Below, one piece after another: positions 37,308 through 49,960 of a stretch of DNA of 64,000 nucleotides. Source of the stretch: Squalus acanthias (Eukaryota); contig CM059433.1 in assembly GCA_030390025.1 (NCBI GenBank), positions 28,832,001 to 28,896,000 on the forward strand, given 5' to 3'. Position numbers and translations under genes: made by a program. The first letter of the stretch is position 1; each line of letters begins with the position of its first letter. The notes below the pieces were generated by a model. The model was given only the letters and a program-made list of their open reading frames with translations, did no database searches and was not told the DNA's origin.

Positions 37308-38370
37308 AATTAGATCATGGTGGATCTGCACCTCAACCCCATTTACCCACCTTTGTTTCATATCCCTTGATACTCTTACCCAACAAAAATCTATCGCTCT
37401 TAGTCTTGAAAATTTCAATTGACCCCCAGCATCCACATCGGGGGAGAGAGTTTCAGATTCCCACCACCCTTTGTATGTAAAAATGTTTCCAGATTTCACA
37501 CCTAATTGGCCCAGCTCTAATTTTAAGATTACGCCTGGATTTCCCCCACCAAAGGAAACAGTTTCTCTGTATCTATCCTGTTGAATCCCTTTAATCCTTT
37601 TAAACACCTTGATTAGATCACCCCTGAACCTTCTAAACTCAAGGGAATACAAACCCAAGTTTACGCAAACTTTCCTCATAATTTAATCCTTTATGCTCAG
37701 GTATCATTCTGGTGAATCTGCACTGTATTTCTTCCAAGCCCAGTATATCCTTCCGGAGGTTCGATGCCCAAAAATGAATGCAGTACTCTAGATTCAATCA
37801 TTTTAAATCAATGTCATGCTCACTTTCCTGGCAACTGGTCAGGATGGCTTCATTTTAAGGCAGTCAGGAAAGTGAGGTGTAGGCACCTTGCCCATTGCAG
37901 GCCACTCAATATCGGGCCACCTGATGATTCACTAGATTGATTCCTGGTATGACAGGGCTGTCCTATGAGGAGAGATTGAGTAGACTGGGCCTATACTCTC
38001 TGGAGTTTAGAAGAATGAGAGGTGATCTCAATGAAACGTATAAAATTCTTAGAGGGCTTGACAGGGTAGATGCTGAGAGGCTGTTTTCCCAGGCTGGGGA
38101 GTCTAGAACTAGGGGTCCCAGTCCCAGGATAAGGGGTCGGCCATTTAGGACTGAGATGAGGAGAAATTTCTTCACTCAAAGGGCTGTGAGTCTTTGGAAT
38201 TCTCTACCCCAGAGGGCTGTGGATGCTCAATCGATGAGTAGATTCAAGACTGAGAGTGACAAATTTTGGGCACGAAGGGAATCAAGGGATATGGGACAGA
38301 GCGGTAAGTGGAGTGGTTTTGAAGATCAGCCAGGATCTTATTGAATGGCGGAGCAGGCTCGAGGGGCTGT
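37308..38370. mobile_element. Two CR1 3' fragments (minus ~37308-37790; plus ~37925-38370)
   Basis: LYSLEFRRxRGDL and FFTQRAVSLWNSLP translations. Confidence 0.75.
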
Positions 38371-40308
38371 ATGGAAGGGGCAGGGAGGAATGGAGGAGGC
38401 TGGATGGGATCGGCCCACATTATTCTTGTGGTGAAACCCCTGCTCCTCCTGGAACCCCCGTTGTTGAGGAAATCATTTAAAACTTTTTGCTGCATCTTCT
38501 ACTGCACCGCCCGGTTAATAACTGGCCGACACATGCTCACGGCTCACAACAGTCAAAACTGCTATCGTCGCGGGCCCCCATTTACGTGTTAGAAAGGGCC
38601 TGCCTCCTGAAACATGGCGAGCACGCCGCCCACACAGCAGACGACCCCCTTTGAAGATGGCGGCAGCCAGAGTGTTGGCATAAACAGGGCGGGAAACCAT
38701 CGTCAGGCCGTGACCTCTCCGTTTACACCAGGCAGACCCGTTCATGTTCAAAATCTACCCCAAGAACGTAAGCACAACCAGTAATTTCCCATAACATATT
38801 TTCTGATTCTCCTGCCTGTTTGTTTAATGCTCCGGCATCATCATCCCGTGCACTCCCCCTCTATGTTTAAATGTCGAATGTTTCCTGGTCAGGTATCTCT
38901 GGTCTGGTGCTTAGGAGGGACAGGATGCATGATGGGTAGGACTCAGCTGGAGCGTTTTGTTCATTTCTGGGCACCGCACTTTAGGAAGGATGTCAAGGCC
39001 TTGGAGAGGGTGCAGAAGAGTTTTACTAGAATGGTACCAGGGATGAGGGACTTCAGTTATGTGGAGAGACTGGAGAAGCTGGGATTGTTCCCCTTAGAGA
39101 AACAACAACAATAACAACTTGCATTTATATAGCGCCTTTAATTTTTATTTATTCGTTCATGGGATGTGGGTGTCGCTGGCAAGGCCAGCATTTATTGTCC
39201 ATCCCTAATTGCCCTTGTGAAGCTGGTGCTGAGCCCCCTTTTGAACCGCTGCAGTCCGTGTGGTGAAGGTGCTCCCACAGTGCTGTTAGGGAGGGAGTTC
39301 CAGGATTTTGACCCAGCGACGATGAAGGAACGGCAATATGTGTCCAAGTCAGGATGGTGTGTGACTTGGAGGGGAACTTGGAGGTGGTGGAGTTCCCAAG
39401 CGCCTGCTGCCCTTGTCCTTTTAGATGGTAGAGTTCGCGGGTTTGGGAGGTGCTATCGAAGAAGCCTTGGCGAGTTCCTGCAGTGCATCTTGAAGATGGT
39501 ACACACTGCTGCCAGGGTGCACCGATGGTGGAGGGAGTGAATGTTTAAGGTGGTGGATGGGGTGCCAATCAAGAGGGCTGCTTTGTCCCGGATGGAGTCG
39601 AGCTTCTTGAGTGTTGTTGGAGCTGCACTCATCCAGGCAAATGGAAAGTATTCCCTCACACGTCTGACTTGTGCCTTGTAGATGGTGGAAAGGCTTTGGG
39701 GAGTCAGGAGGTGAGACATTCGCCACAGAATAAGCAGCCTCTGACCTGCTCCTGTAGCCTATAGAATCATAGGATTATAGAATGGTTACAGCACAGAAGG
39801 AGGCCATTTGGCCCGTCAAGCCCGTGCTGGCTCTCTTCAAGAGCACTTCAGCTAGTCCCACTCCCTCGCCCTTTCCCCGTAGCCCTGCAAATTTTTGTCC
39901 TTCAGGTACTTATCTAATTCCCTTTTGAAAGCCACGATTGAATCTGCCTCCACCACCCGTTCAGGCAGTGCATTCCAGATCTTAACCACTCGCAGTGTAA
40001 AAATGTTTTTCCTCATGTTGCCTTTGGTTCTTCTGCCAATCACCTTAAATCTGTGTCCTCTGGTTCTCAACCTTTCCACCAATGGAAACAGTTTCTCTCT
40101 ATCTACTCTGTCTAGACTCCTCATGATTTTGAATACCTCTATCAAATCTCCTCTCAATCTTCTCTGCTCGAAGGAGAATAACCCCAGTTTCTCTAGTCTA
40201 TCCACGTAACTGAAGTCCCTAATCCCTAGAACCATTCTTGTCAATCTTTTCTGCACCCTCTCTAAGGCCATCACTTCCTTCCTAAAGTGCAGTGCCCAGA
40301 ATTGGACA

Positions 40309-41330
40309 TTGCAGACCTCCCGCGGGCAGAGGGCTGCGATCTGGAAAAATCTGCGCTTGGACCGGAGGGCTCCCGGGAGGCGCAGAGTTCCGTTCCTGGG
40401 CCTCTCCAAACTGCCGGTGCGCAGGGCCCACGTATCCCAGAGGCGCAGGCGGTTCACAGCGTCTCTGGGCTCACGTGGGCCATGGGGAGCCAATCAGAGA
40501 AGGGAATCTCCCTTCATGTCCAAAAATGTGCGGGTTAGGTTGATTTGGCTATGATAAATTGACCCTTAGTGTTAGGGGGGGATTAAATATGTGGGGTTAT
40601 GGGGATAGAATAGGATATGTTAGGGGGAATTAAATACATGGGGTTATGGGGGTAGGGTGGGATATGTGTACTGTGGGGATTAAAGCAGGGACAGGGTATT
40701 GGACTTGGATGATCAGCCATGATCGTATTGAATGGTGGAGCAGGCTCGACGGGCCGAATGGCCTACTCCTGCTCCTAGATTCTATGTTTCTATGTTTCAT
40801 ACATTTGACAGGAAGACCTGTCAAATATATGAATAGAGATCACCCCCAAAACATAGTAAAACTTTAAATACATTAAAAAAAAAATCACATTTTTAAAATG
40901 ACTTTAAATTACAATAAATTAAGTATTTTAAACAAAAATTTTATTTTTTGAAAAAAATAATTAAAGTTTTTAACGGGGCTAAAAATAAACTTACCTTTCT
41001 TTAAAGTATTTTTAAATGATAAATCAGCGGAAATTTTTAAAAAACCTTTTTTCAACTCTTATCCTGGTAAAAGCAGGCCTTACGCCTGCTTTTACCAGGC
41101 GCAGGAATTGTAAGTGTTTTCTGCGGGCGGAGGGTCTCCAAAAAACGGAACTCTCCGCCCGCAGAGGCCCTGCTCCCGGGCAGGCGGAGGATCTGTCAAG
41201 AGCTTTCTTGACAGATTGGAAATGCCGGTTTCCAGCGCATGCGCAGTGCATGCCTGAAACCGGCATTTCCGATGTCCCTACGGGTGAGTACACAGCGCGT
41301 ACCCACCCGTAGGGATCGGAATATCTGCAC
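40309..41330. mobile_element. Harbinger-like non-autonomous element
   Basis: Ends TGCAGAC... / ...ATATCTGCACC; interrupts CR1 GAATTGGACA|AATACTCC. Confidence 0.55.
40519..40797 (+). mobile_element. V-SINE (HE1-like) 3' part with CR1-derived tail
   Basis: TCCAAAAATGTGCGGGTTAGGTTGATTTGGC...TAAATTGACCCTTAGTGT V-domain-like segment; tail GGGCCGAATGGCCTACTCCTGCTCC..TTCTATG. Confidence 0.65.
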
Positions 41331-41415
41331 CAATACTCCAGTTAAAGCCAAACCAGTGTTTTATAAAGGTTCATCATAACTTCCTTGCTTTTGTATTCTA
41401 TGCCTCTATTTATGA

Positions 41416-41881
41416 CGGTCTCAATCGGGATCTTGGGTTTATGTCACGATACATGACGTGATCCGGACTCGAGTCGTCGTTAGCTTGTTCACAGATGTGA
41501 TTCCCAGTAAAAAAAGTAAAAATTTTCCCAGTAAAAAAGTAAAAAAATGTTAAAGCTTTTCGTTTTACATACAGACGGCAGCTTTTGACACGTTAGAACC
41601 CCTGCGACTACACCTCATTGTCTCAGTTGTATCTTGCTATGTCTTTGATGTGGTACCTTCCTGGCTGACTTAATTAACTTTATCACACCTCGGCAGATAG
41701 TCAGGATGATTTAATTTATTGGTCTGCAATTGTAAAGTACACATTCTTTGTTTTCCATCTATATATGCTTTGGAGATTCTGTATCTAATTTACTTCACCT
41801 GAGGAAGGAGCAAATCGATAGCTCCGAAAGCTTGTGATTTCAAATAAAACTGTTGGACTATAACCTGGTGTTGTGCGACCT
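41416..41881 (+). mobile_element. Penelope-type family A non-autonomous element with 12-bp TSD
   Basis: CTCTATTTATGA at 41404-41415 and 41882-41893; hammerhead motif at ~41795-41837. Confidence 0.8.
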
Positions 41882-44624
41882 CTCTATTTATGAAGCCCAG
41901 GATCCCGTATGCTTTCTCAACCTGCCCTGCCACATTCAAAGATTTGTGCACATATACCCCCAGGTCTCTCTGTTCATGCACCCCCTGTAGAATTGTACCC
42001 TTTAGTTTATATTGCCTCTCCTCATTCTTACTGACCAAATGTATCACTTCTCATTTTTCTGCGTTAAATTTCATTTGCCACATATCCGCCCATTCCACCA
42101 GCCTGTCTATGTCCGCTTGAAATCTATCACTATCCTCCTCAGTGTTCACTATACTTCCAAGTTTTGTGTCATCTGCAAATTTTGAAATTGTGCCCTGTAC
42201 ACCCAAGTCCAAGTCATTGATATATATTAAGAAAAGCTGATATATATCAACCCCTGGGGAACACCACTCACTGTACACCTTCCTCCAGTCTGAAAAACAA
42301 CCGTTCACCACTAGTCTCTGTTTCCTGTCACTTAAGCCAATTTTGTATCCATGCTGTCAATGTCCCTTTTATTCCAAGGCCTTCAACTTTGCTGGCAAAC
42401 CTATTATGTGGCACTTTATCAAACGCCTTTTGGAAGTCCATGTACACCACATCAACCACATTACCCTCATCAACCTCATCAAAAAACTCAATCAAGTTAG
42501 TTAAACACAATTTGCCTTTGACAAATCCGTGCTGGCTTTCCTTAATTAATCCACATTTGTCCAAGTGACTGTTCATTTTGTTCTGCATTATCGTTTCTAA
42601 AAGCTTCCCCACTACCGAGGTTAAACTGACTGGTCTGTAGTTGCTGGGTTTATCCTTGCACCCTTTTTTGAACAAGGGTGTAACATGTGCAATTCTCCAG
42701 TCCTCTGACACCACCCCCGTATCTAAAGAGGACTGGAAAATTATGGCCAGTACGTCCGCAATTTCCACCTTTACTTCCCTCAGCATCCTGGGATACATCC
42801 CATCCGGTCCTGGTGACTTATCTGCTTTAAGTACAGCCAGCCTTTCTAGTACCTCCTCCTTATCAATTTTTATCTCATCCAGTATCTCAACTACCTCCTC
42901 TTTCACTATGACTTTGGCAGCATCTTCTGCCTTGGTAAAGACAGATGCAAAGTACGCATTTAGTACCTCAGCCATGCCCTCTGCCTCCATGCTTAGGTCT
43001 CCTCTATGGTCCCTAATCGGGCCCACCCCTCCTCTAACTACCCGTTTACTACTTATATACCTATAGAAGACTTTTGGAGTACCTTTTATGTTAGCTGCCA
43101 ATCTATTCTCATACTCTCTCTTTGCCCCTCTTATTGTCTTTTTCACTTCCCCTCTGAACTTTCTATATTCAGCCTGGTTCTCACTTGTGTTCTCAACCTG
43201 ACATCTGTCATGCCTTTTTCTGCTTCATCTTACTCGCTATCTCTTTCGTCATCCAGGGAGCTCTGACTTTGGTTACCCTATCTTTCCTCCTCATGGGATT
43301 GTACTTCAGCTGTACCCGAACCATCTCCTCTTTAAAGGCAGCCCATTGTTCGATTACAGTTTTGCCTGCCAATCTATCATTCCAATTTACCCGGGCTAGA
43401 TCCGTTCTCAACCCACTGAAATTAGCCTTCCTCCAATTAAGTATTTCTACTCTAGATTGCTCCCTGTCCTTTTCCATAGCTAATCTAAACCTTATGATAC
43501 TGTGATCACTGTTCCCTAAATGTTCCCCTACTGACACCTGCTCCACTTGACCCACCTCATTCCCCAGAACCAGATCCAGCAATGCCTCCTTCCTCGTTGG
43601 GCCGGAAACATACTGATCAAGAAAGTTCTCCTGAATAAACTTCAGAAATTCTTCTCGCTCTCTGCCCTTTACGCTATTACTATCCCAATCTATATTAGGA
43701 TAGTTGAAGTCCCTATGCGGCTGGTCCAGTTAAGTTTCTGGTCAATGGTGACCAGGGTGTTGATGGTGGGGGACTCGATGATAGTAATGCCATTGAATGT
43801 CAAGGGGTGGTGGTTGGACTCTCTCTTGTTGGAGGTAATCATTGCCTGGCACTTGCGTGGCGCAAATGTTACTTGCCACTTAGCAGCCCAAGGCTGAATG
43901 TCGTCCAGGTCTTGCTGCATGCAGACAAGGACTGCTTCATTATCTGAGGAGTTGGGAATGGAACTGAACACTGTGCAATCATCAGTGAACAATTTTAACA
44001 TAGTAAAACGTCCCAAGGCTCTTCACAGGAGCGTTAGCAAACAAAATTTGACATAGAGCCACGTAAGGAAATATTAGGACAGGTGATCAAAAGCTTGGTG
44101 AAAGAGGTAGGTTTTAACCAGCATCTTAAAAGAGCAGAGAGAGGCGGAGAGATTTAGGAAGAGAATGCCAGAGGTTAGGTCCTAAGCAGCTGAAGAAACG
44201 GCCCCCCAATGGTGGAGCAATTAAAATTGGGGATACACGAGAGGCCAGAATTGGTGGAGCACAGAGATCTTGGAAGGTTGTAGGGCTGGAGGATTTTATA
44301 GAGATGGTGCGAGACAAGGCTATGGAGGGATTTGAAAAGAAGGATGAGGATTTTAAAATTGAGGCGTTGCCAGACCGGGTGCTAATGTAGGTCAGCGAGC
44401 ACAGGGGTGAAGGGTTAATGGGACTTGGTGCAAGTCAGGATAAGGCAGCAGAGCTTTGGATGAGCTCATGTTTATGGAGGGTGCAAGATGGGAGGCCTGC
44501 TAGGAGAGCAGAGAAGGTTAAGATGAGATTTGATAGAGATGTTCAATATCATGAATTTTAATAGAGTAAATGAGGAGAAACTCTTGCAGTGGTAGAAGGG
44601 CCAGTAACTAGAAAACATAGATTT

Positions 44625-45315
44625 AGACAGAGGGATCTCGGGTACAGATACACAGATCACTAAAAGTAGCAATGCAGGTTAATAAGGCCATTAAAAAAAG
44701 CAAACCAAGCACTGGGATTCATTTCTGGAGGGATAAAATTGAAACGCAGAGAAATTATGTTAATCTTCTATCAAACCTTGGTTAGACCACACTTGGAGTA
44801 CTGTATACAATTCTGGTCGCCATATTATAAAAAGGATATAGAGGCACTGGAGAGGGTGCAAAAAAGATTTACAAGAATGGTACCAGAAATGCGAGGTTAT
44901 ACCTATCAGGAAAGGATGAATAGGCTGGGTCTCTTTTATCTTGAAAAGAGATGGCTGAGGGGTGACCTAATGGAGGTCTTTAAAATTATGAAAGGTTTTG
45001 ATAGAGTAGACACAGAGAGAGCATTTCCAGTTGTGGGGAAGAGCAAAACTAGAGGCCATCAATATAAGATAGTCACCAAGAAATCAAATAGGGAATTCAG
45101 AAGAAACTTCTTTACCAAGAGAGTGGTGACAATGTGGAACACGCTACCACAGGTTGAGGCAAATAGTATAGATACATTTAAGGGGAATCTAGATAAGCAC
45201 ATGAGGGAGAAAGGAATAGAAGGATATGCTGATAGGGTGAGATGACGAGGGATGGGAGGAAGCTTGTGTGGAACATGAACATGACATTGACCAAATGACC
45301 TGTTTCTGTGCTGTA
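44625..45315 (+). mobile_element. CR1 3' fragment
   Basis: ORF 44739..45245 LVRPHLEYCIQFWSP..RGDLMEVFKIM. Confidence 0.85.
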
Positions 45316-45989
45316 GACTCGATGCAACGCAATTCAGTTTTGTCTTGATAGGGTCTGTCTGCAACTATTAATAGAAAGAAAGAAAAGACTTGCATTTTGT
45401 TGCATTGTTAATCATGGTGTAAAAGTGGTACTGCACTCCTCAAAGAGTTAGTTCATTAAGAGTTGCCTTGTGTGATGTACAGTAACTGATTAGAGTGGTA
45501 GTTAATAAGGCCAATCTCTGTATAGGCTCCACTCTGACTTAACTGCTCCACTAGGCTTCTGTTGAATTAATGCACATCTATATAAGTAGAAACAATATTG
45601 CAAAGCTTTTTAATGGGATTCAGATTCTCACTGACTTAATAAACAGTAGTCTAACAAAGCCCAGAAGGGCTAGCCTTTAAAAATCAATTTAAACAAGGTG
45701 GTATGATACTATTCCATTATAATTACTGTCAGAATACAGTGTTTTATAAAGGGATTAAAAGTATAACAAATTAAATTTTGTCACCTTAGCACCCAAGCAA
45801 AATTGGAAAATATATTTATTTTGAAAAATGAGTTCAATTTAATTTGAACTCTTCATAAACAAACATGGATTTCAACTTCTCTATTACTGAAACAATGGTA
45901 TATCTTTTGAATAGGAAAAGATTGACTGTAAGTAAATTATAGGGGATTATGGGTGTATCCATTATAATGAGAAAGAAAGAAAGAACAAA

Positions 45990-46375
45990 CTTTTGAAGTG
46001 TAGTCACTGTTGTAATGTAGGAAGCTCAGCAGCTAATATACGCACAGCACGATCCCACAGTCAGCAATGTAATAATGACTCGATCATCTGTTTTATTGAT
46101 AAAGCAATAAATATTGCCTATGACACTGGGGAGAACTCCCCTTCTCTTCTTCAGATAATGCAATGGAATCCTTTACATCCACCTGGGAGGGCAGATGAGG
46201 CCTCGGTTTAATGTCTCATGCAAAAGATGGCACCTCTGACAGTGCAGCACTCCCGCAGTGCTGCACTGGGAGGGCTAGGCCTAGATTATTTGCTTAGGTC
46301 TCCGGAGTGGGACTGGAACCCACAACCTTCTGATTCAGAGGCGAGAGAGCTACCCACTGAGCCACGGTTGACACC
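45990..46375 (-). mobile_element. Deu-domain SINE
   Basis: Same head and core as 11625-12073. Confidence 0.8.
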
Positions 46376-46429
46376 TTAAGCCATGACTTAAATTACAATT
46401 TAAAATAGTAGATATTTGGGCACTAAGCA

Positions 46430-46620
46430 TTATTTACAACCAGAGCGTCAATAGTTCAAATTCCAGGTGAGCAATTTTCGAAGTTGATGAAAGTGACTTC
46501 AGATTTATTGGCTATCTGGCCTCCACCCAATTCCTAGTGGACATAGTTTCAATCATAAAACTGTCCACCATTCTGCGCAAATTGGCCATCTCCCTCCCAT
46601 AGAGAAGATTACTGCTACAG
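46430..46620 (+). repeat. Possible LF-SINE-like ancient SINE remnant
   Basis: B-box-like GTTCAAATTCC; CCAATTCCTAGTGGACA...ATCATAAAACTG...AATTGGC resembles the LF-SINE body as recalled. Confidence 0.35.
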
Positions 46621-47244
46621 GAAATGAAAAAGATCAGGGGCAGTTTTTTCTGCAATTGCAGTTAAAGTATATTGCTGTGCTATATAACCAAGTACTTGGA
46701 ATCCTCGTTTGTTTACAATGAGTTCAAATTAATTTTGCAAGCTTCATGCTGACATTGGGTGAGAAAAGTAGGGAAATGCTTCATTTCCCAGCAATGACAT
46801 CCCTTACCTCCATCTCCACTAAATATTTATGATAAATTCTGCCTCCCCCAAAAAAAAACCTTCTGCCTCCCATTCGATTTTCTGTGCTTTTAGGGGGTTT
46901 TGTGCAAATCTGTGAAGGGTCCTGTTACAGGAGGGGAGAGGAGAGAGCAACAAGAACTGTTCTGCTACCCTCCGATTAATTACTAAGCATCGACTCTGCC
47001 ACCGTTCGGGTGTACAGTTTACAATGCTACCAGGAGTTTGGACATAAATTCAAAAGTACAATGGAGACAAACTGTTGTGATTTGCAAGTTGGTGTCACAC
47101 CTGAAGAGTATCATAGAATCATACAGCACAGAAGACGGCCATTCGCCCCAACTATCCTGTGCCGAATCTTTGAAAGAGCTATCCAATTAGTTCCGCTCCC
47201 CCCTGTTCATTCCCCATAGTCCTGCAAGTGTGTCCTTTTCAAGT

Positions 47245-47805
47245 GAACCTGAGCTCATCCAAAACTCTGCTGCCCATATCCTAACTTGCACCAAGTCCCG
47301 CTCACCAGACACCCCTGTGCTCGCTGACCTACATTGGCTCCTGGTCTGGCAATGCCTCGATTTTAAAATTCTCATTCTTGTGTTCAAATCTTTCCATAGC
47401 CTTGCCCCTCCCTATCTCTGTACCCTGCTCCAGCCCTACAACCCTCCAAGATCTCTGCGCTCTCCAATTCTGGCCTCTTGCATAACCCCAATTTTCATCG
47501 CTCCACCATTGGCGGCCGTGCCTTCAGCTACCTAGGCTCAAAGCTCTGGAATTCACTCCTTAAACCTCTCCGCCTCTCTAAATCTCTCTCCTCCTTTAAG
47601 ACGCTGTTTAAACCCAACCTCTTTAACCTGTCCTAATATCTCTTTATGTGGCTCGGTGTCAGATTTTGTTCGATTACACTCCTGTGAAGCACCTTGGGCT
47701 GTTTTACTATTTTTTTTATTCATTCATGGGATGTAGGCGTCGCTCGCAAGGCCAGCATTTATTGCTCATCGCTGTTAAAGGTGCTATATAAATGCAAGTT
47801 GTTGT
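47245..47805 (+). mobile_element. L2 3' fragment
   Basis: IQNSAAHILT..PVLADLHWL..FKILILVFKS. Confidence 0.8.
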
Positions 47806-48439
47806 ATATATTCAATTCCCTTTTGATATCCACACACTGCTTTCAACTTCACAGTGGCTGCAGTCTAACAGCAAAGCCAAATTTTTAAACTTTAAAATGT
47901 TAATATTAATAAAGAGCACAAAGAACATAAAAAATGTCACCAGCATTGATTAGTGGACACTGATTAGTGGATCTTTATCATCAACATCATCATCAATAAC
48001 AACAATAACATGCATTTAGAGTAGGTTTGAGTATGCATTACTTATCCCCACTTATCTTAACATCATCCCTTCTATTCCTGTTTAATTTCATGGCACCGAC
48101 CTGGCTACACAAAGAAACACTATTGGGAGGCAACACTGAGAAAATCTAAAATCAGGACTGAGGAATATTTATTTGCAATATCTATTTATAGTCCTGAATT
48201 TGCGATACTGACAAAAAATAGTATTTTGTTGGCCCAATGCCTGTAGCATGAGGGGTGGCCATGCCCAATATGGCGATACAAAGGTCCGCTCCCTCATTTG
48301 ACTAGCCTGCTGCAGAACTCTTAGCTGGGGACATCACCAAATGCAGCAAGGGGGCAGCTCTTAAAAGGAGGCGGCTCTTAAAGGGGACATCTTTTAAAAG
48401 GGGGCGGCTCGCCAAAAAAAAGGAAAGATGTGGTGGCGA

Positions 48440-48685
48440 TGGAAAAGTTGCCTAATTGTTCACAGTGGCACAGCAGAGGCATGTGCGCAAAGTAGCTCCC
48501 TGTTGATGTTGAAGAGTTGGAGGTCCTGCTGCAGAAGGTGATCACAAGGGAAGGTAGTACAGTTCAGGGTCAAAGGCCACCCTCTAGCAAAAGCACAGGT
48601 GTCACCTCATGGCGGGAGGTCACTGACTGAGTCAATGCAGTCACCCAGCTCCCTCATATCTGGATTCAAAATGTGGAAGAAGAAC
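48440..48685 (+). pseudogene. Harbinger Myb/SANT-like DNA-binding gene remnant
   Basis: EELEVLLQKVITRE...SWREVTD*VNAVTQLPHIWIQ fits the trihelix pattern ELE.LL..V...W.EVA..VNA....W.QC. Confidence 0.6.
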
Positions 48686-48689
48686 TCTG

Positions 48690-49960
48690 GTAACTGAAGC
48701 AAGGTGAATATAAAAGTATTCCATCTTTGCTTACTTTTCTTGTGGAACCCATCAACCATGACACAAACCTACGTTGGGAACTCCCACCCTGTCTGGGAGG
48801 ACATAGGAACAGGAGTAGGGCACTCAGCCCCTCGAGTACCATTTCAAGCACTGTGCACAACCAATTCCCTGTTGGTCACACTCTTCTCATTGTGCCTAAG
48901 CTGCTTGAAGGTGAGGGTGGCTGCTGAGGAAAACAAACAGATGCCGAGGATGTCCAGAAGAAGATGATCCTCTGCTGTTAGGCGCTTTCTCAGTGGGGTC
49001 AGCAGCATGGGTACAGAGACTAGCCCTTTTCCCCTAATAACCATCCACCCAGTATTTCTTTCCATTCAAATAATGTGGGCACCATGGACTGACGCACAAT
49101 GAAGGCATCGTCATAGTTTCCTGGTTTCGTTGGTTAGATCCCATTAACTGAGTGCAAACTCTTTCTCTTTGTGAAGGGAAAGGAATTGAGGCAAAGGACT
49201 CTCACACCCACATGGGTACCATGTGTGACTCTGCACTCAAGGGAAACTTATCAAAGAAAAAAGAAAGACTTTCATTATATAGTGCCATTCACAACCTCAG
49301 GACGTCCCAAATCACTTTACAGCAAATGAAATAGTTTTGAAGTGTAGTCACTGTTGTAATGTCGGCAACACAGCAGCCAATTGATGCACAGCAAGTTCCC
49401 ACAAATGACCAGATCATCTGTTTTTAGTGATGTTGGTTGAGGGATAAATGTTGACCAGAACTCCCCTGCTCTTCTTTAAATAGTGTCATGGGATCTTTTA
49501 CGTCCACCTGAGAATGCAGATGGGGCCTCGGTTTAATATCTCATCCGAAAGACGCCATCGGAGTGTCAGCCCAGATTTTGTGCTCAAGTCTCTGGAGTGG
49601 TACTTGAACCCACAACCTTCTGACTCAGAGGCTACTGACTGAGTCCAAGCTGGCACCTATGAGCCACTGAAAGCTACGTGTCCTGTCCAACTTGATGAAA
49701 GTGATGCAGGTGTAAGCATAGCATTTGCCACTTCTCTGATACATCTGTGCACTCAGACGGCTTGGCTTTGAAGGATGTGGTGGCATGATAGCTTCATGCT
49801 GTGAAAACTGTCCTTCCTACAGCAAGAGTTGCCCTTGATCCAGATGTGCAAAGGTCATTGTGCAGCAGATGGCACAATTCTGTAGCAGCCTGACTTGTCA
49901 AGTGAAGGCTTCAAAAGCAGATCTCCTCTGACATGTCCAAGTCCAGGTCGTATTGTAGTG
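48690..49960 (-). pseudogene. Harbinger (HARBI1-like) DDE transposase remnant, interrupted by a SINE at ~49255-49660
   Basis: Ordered motifs LDMSEEIC..ELCHLLHNDL, VHRCIREV, HGTHV..KRKSLHSVN, PGNYDDAFI, GWLLGEKG, LLTPLR, LYSP. Confidence 0.75.

Larger units (their letters stand above)
39760..43711 (-). mobile_element. CR1 LINE (end of APE to 3' tail), interrupted twice
   Basis: LDLVLGNE..GNSDH, KSPGPDG, NYRPVSLTSVVGK, YMDFQKAFDKV, FADD; CCTAT at both ends. Confidence 0.88.
38935..44625. mobile_element. Nested insertion stack (CR1 > L2 > CR1-group LINE > CR1 > Harbinger-like MITE > V-SINE; plus Penelope element)
   Basis: Each host resumes after its insert; junctions are listed in findings. 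Confidence 0.75.

Noticed and set aside
46790..46830. CTTAC donor-like sites as further KHDRBS2 exons (also ~56500)
   Set aside because: Adjacent minus-strand translations do not resemble STAR-family sequence.
48690..49960. Domesticated HARBI1 gene
   Set aside because: Multiple stops, frameshifts, lost catalytic residues and a SINE insertion.
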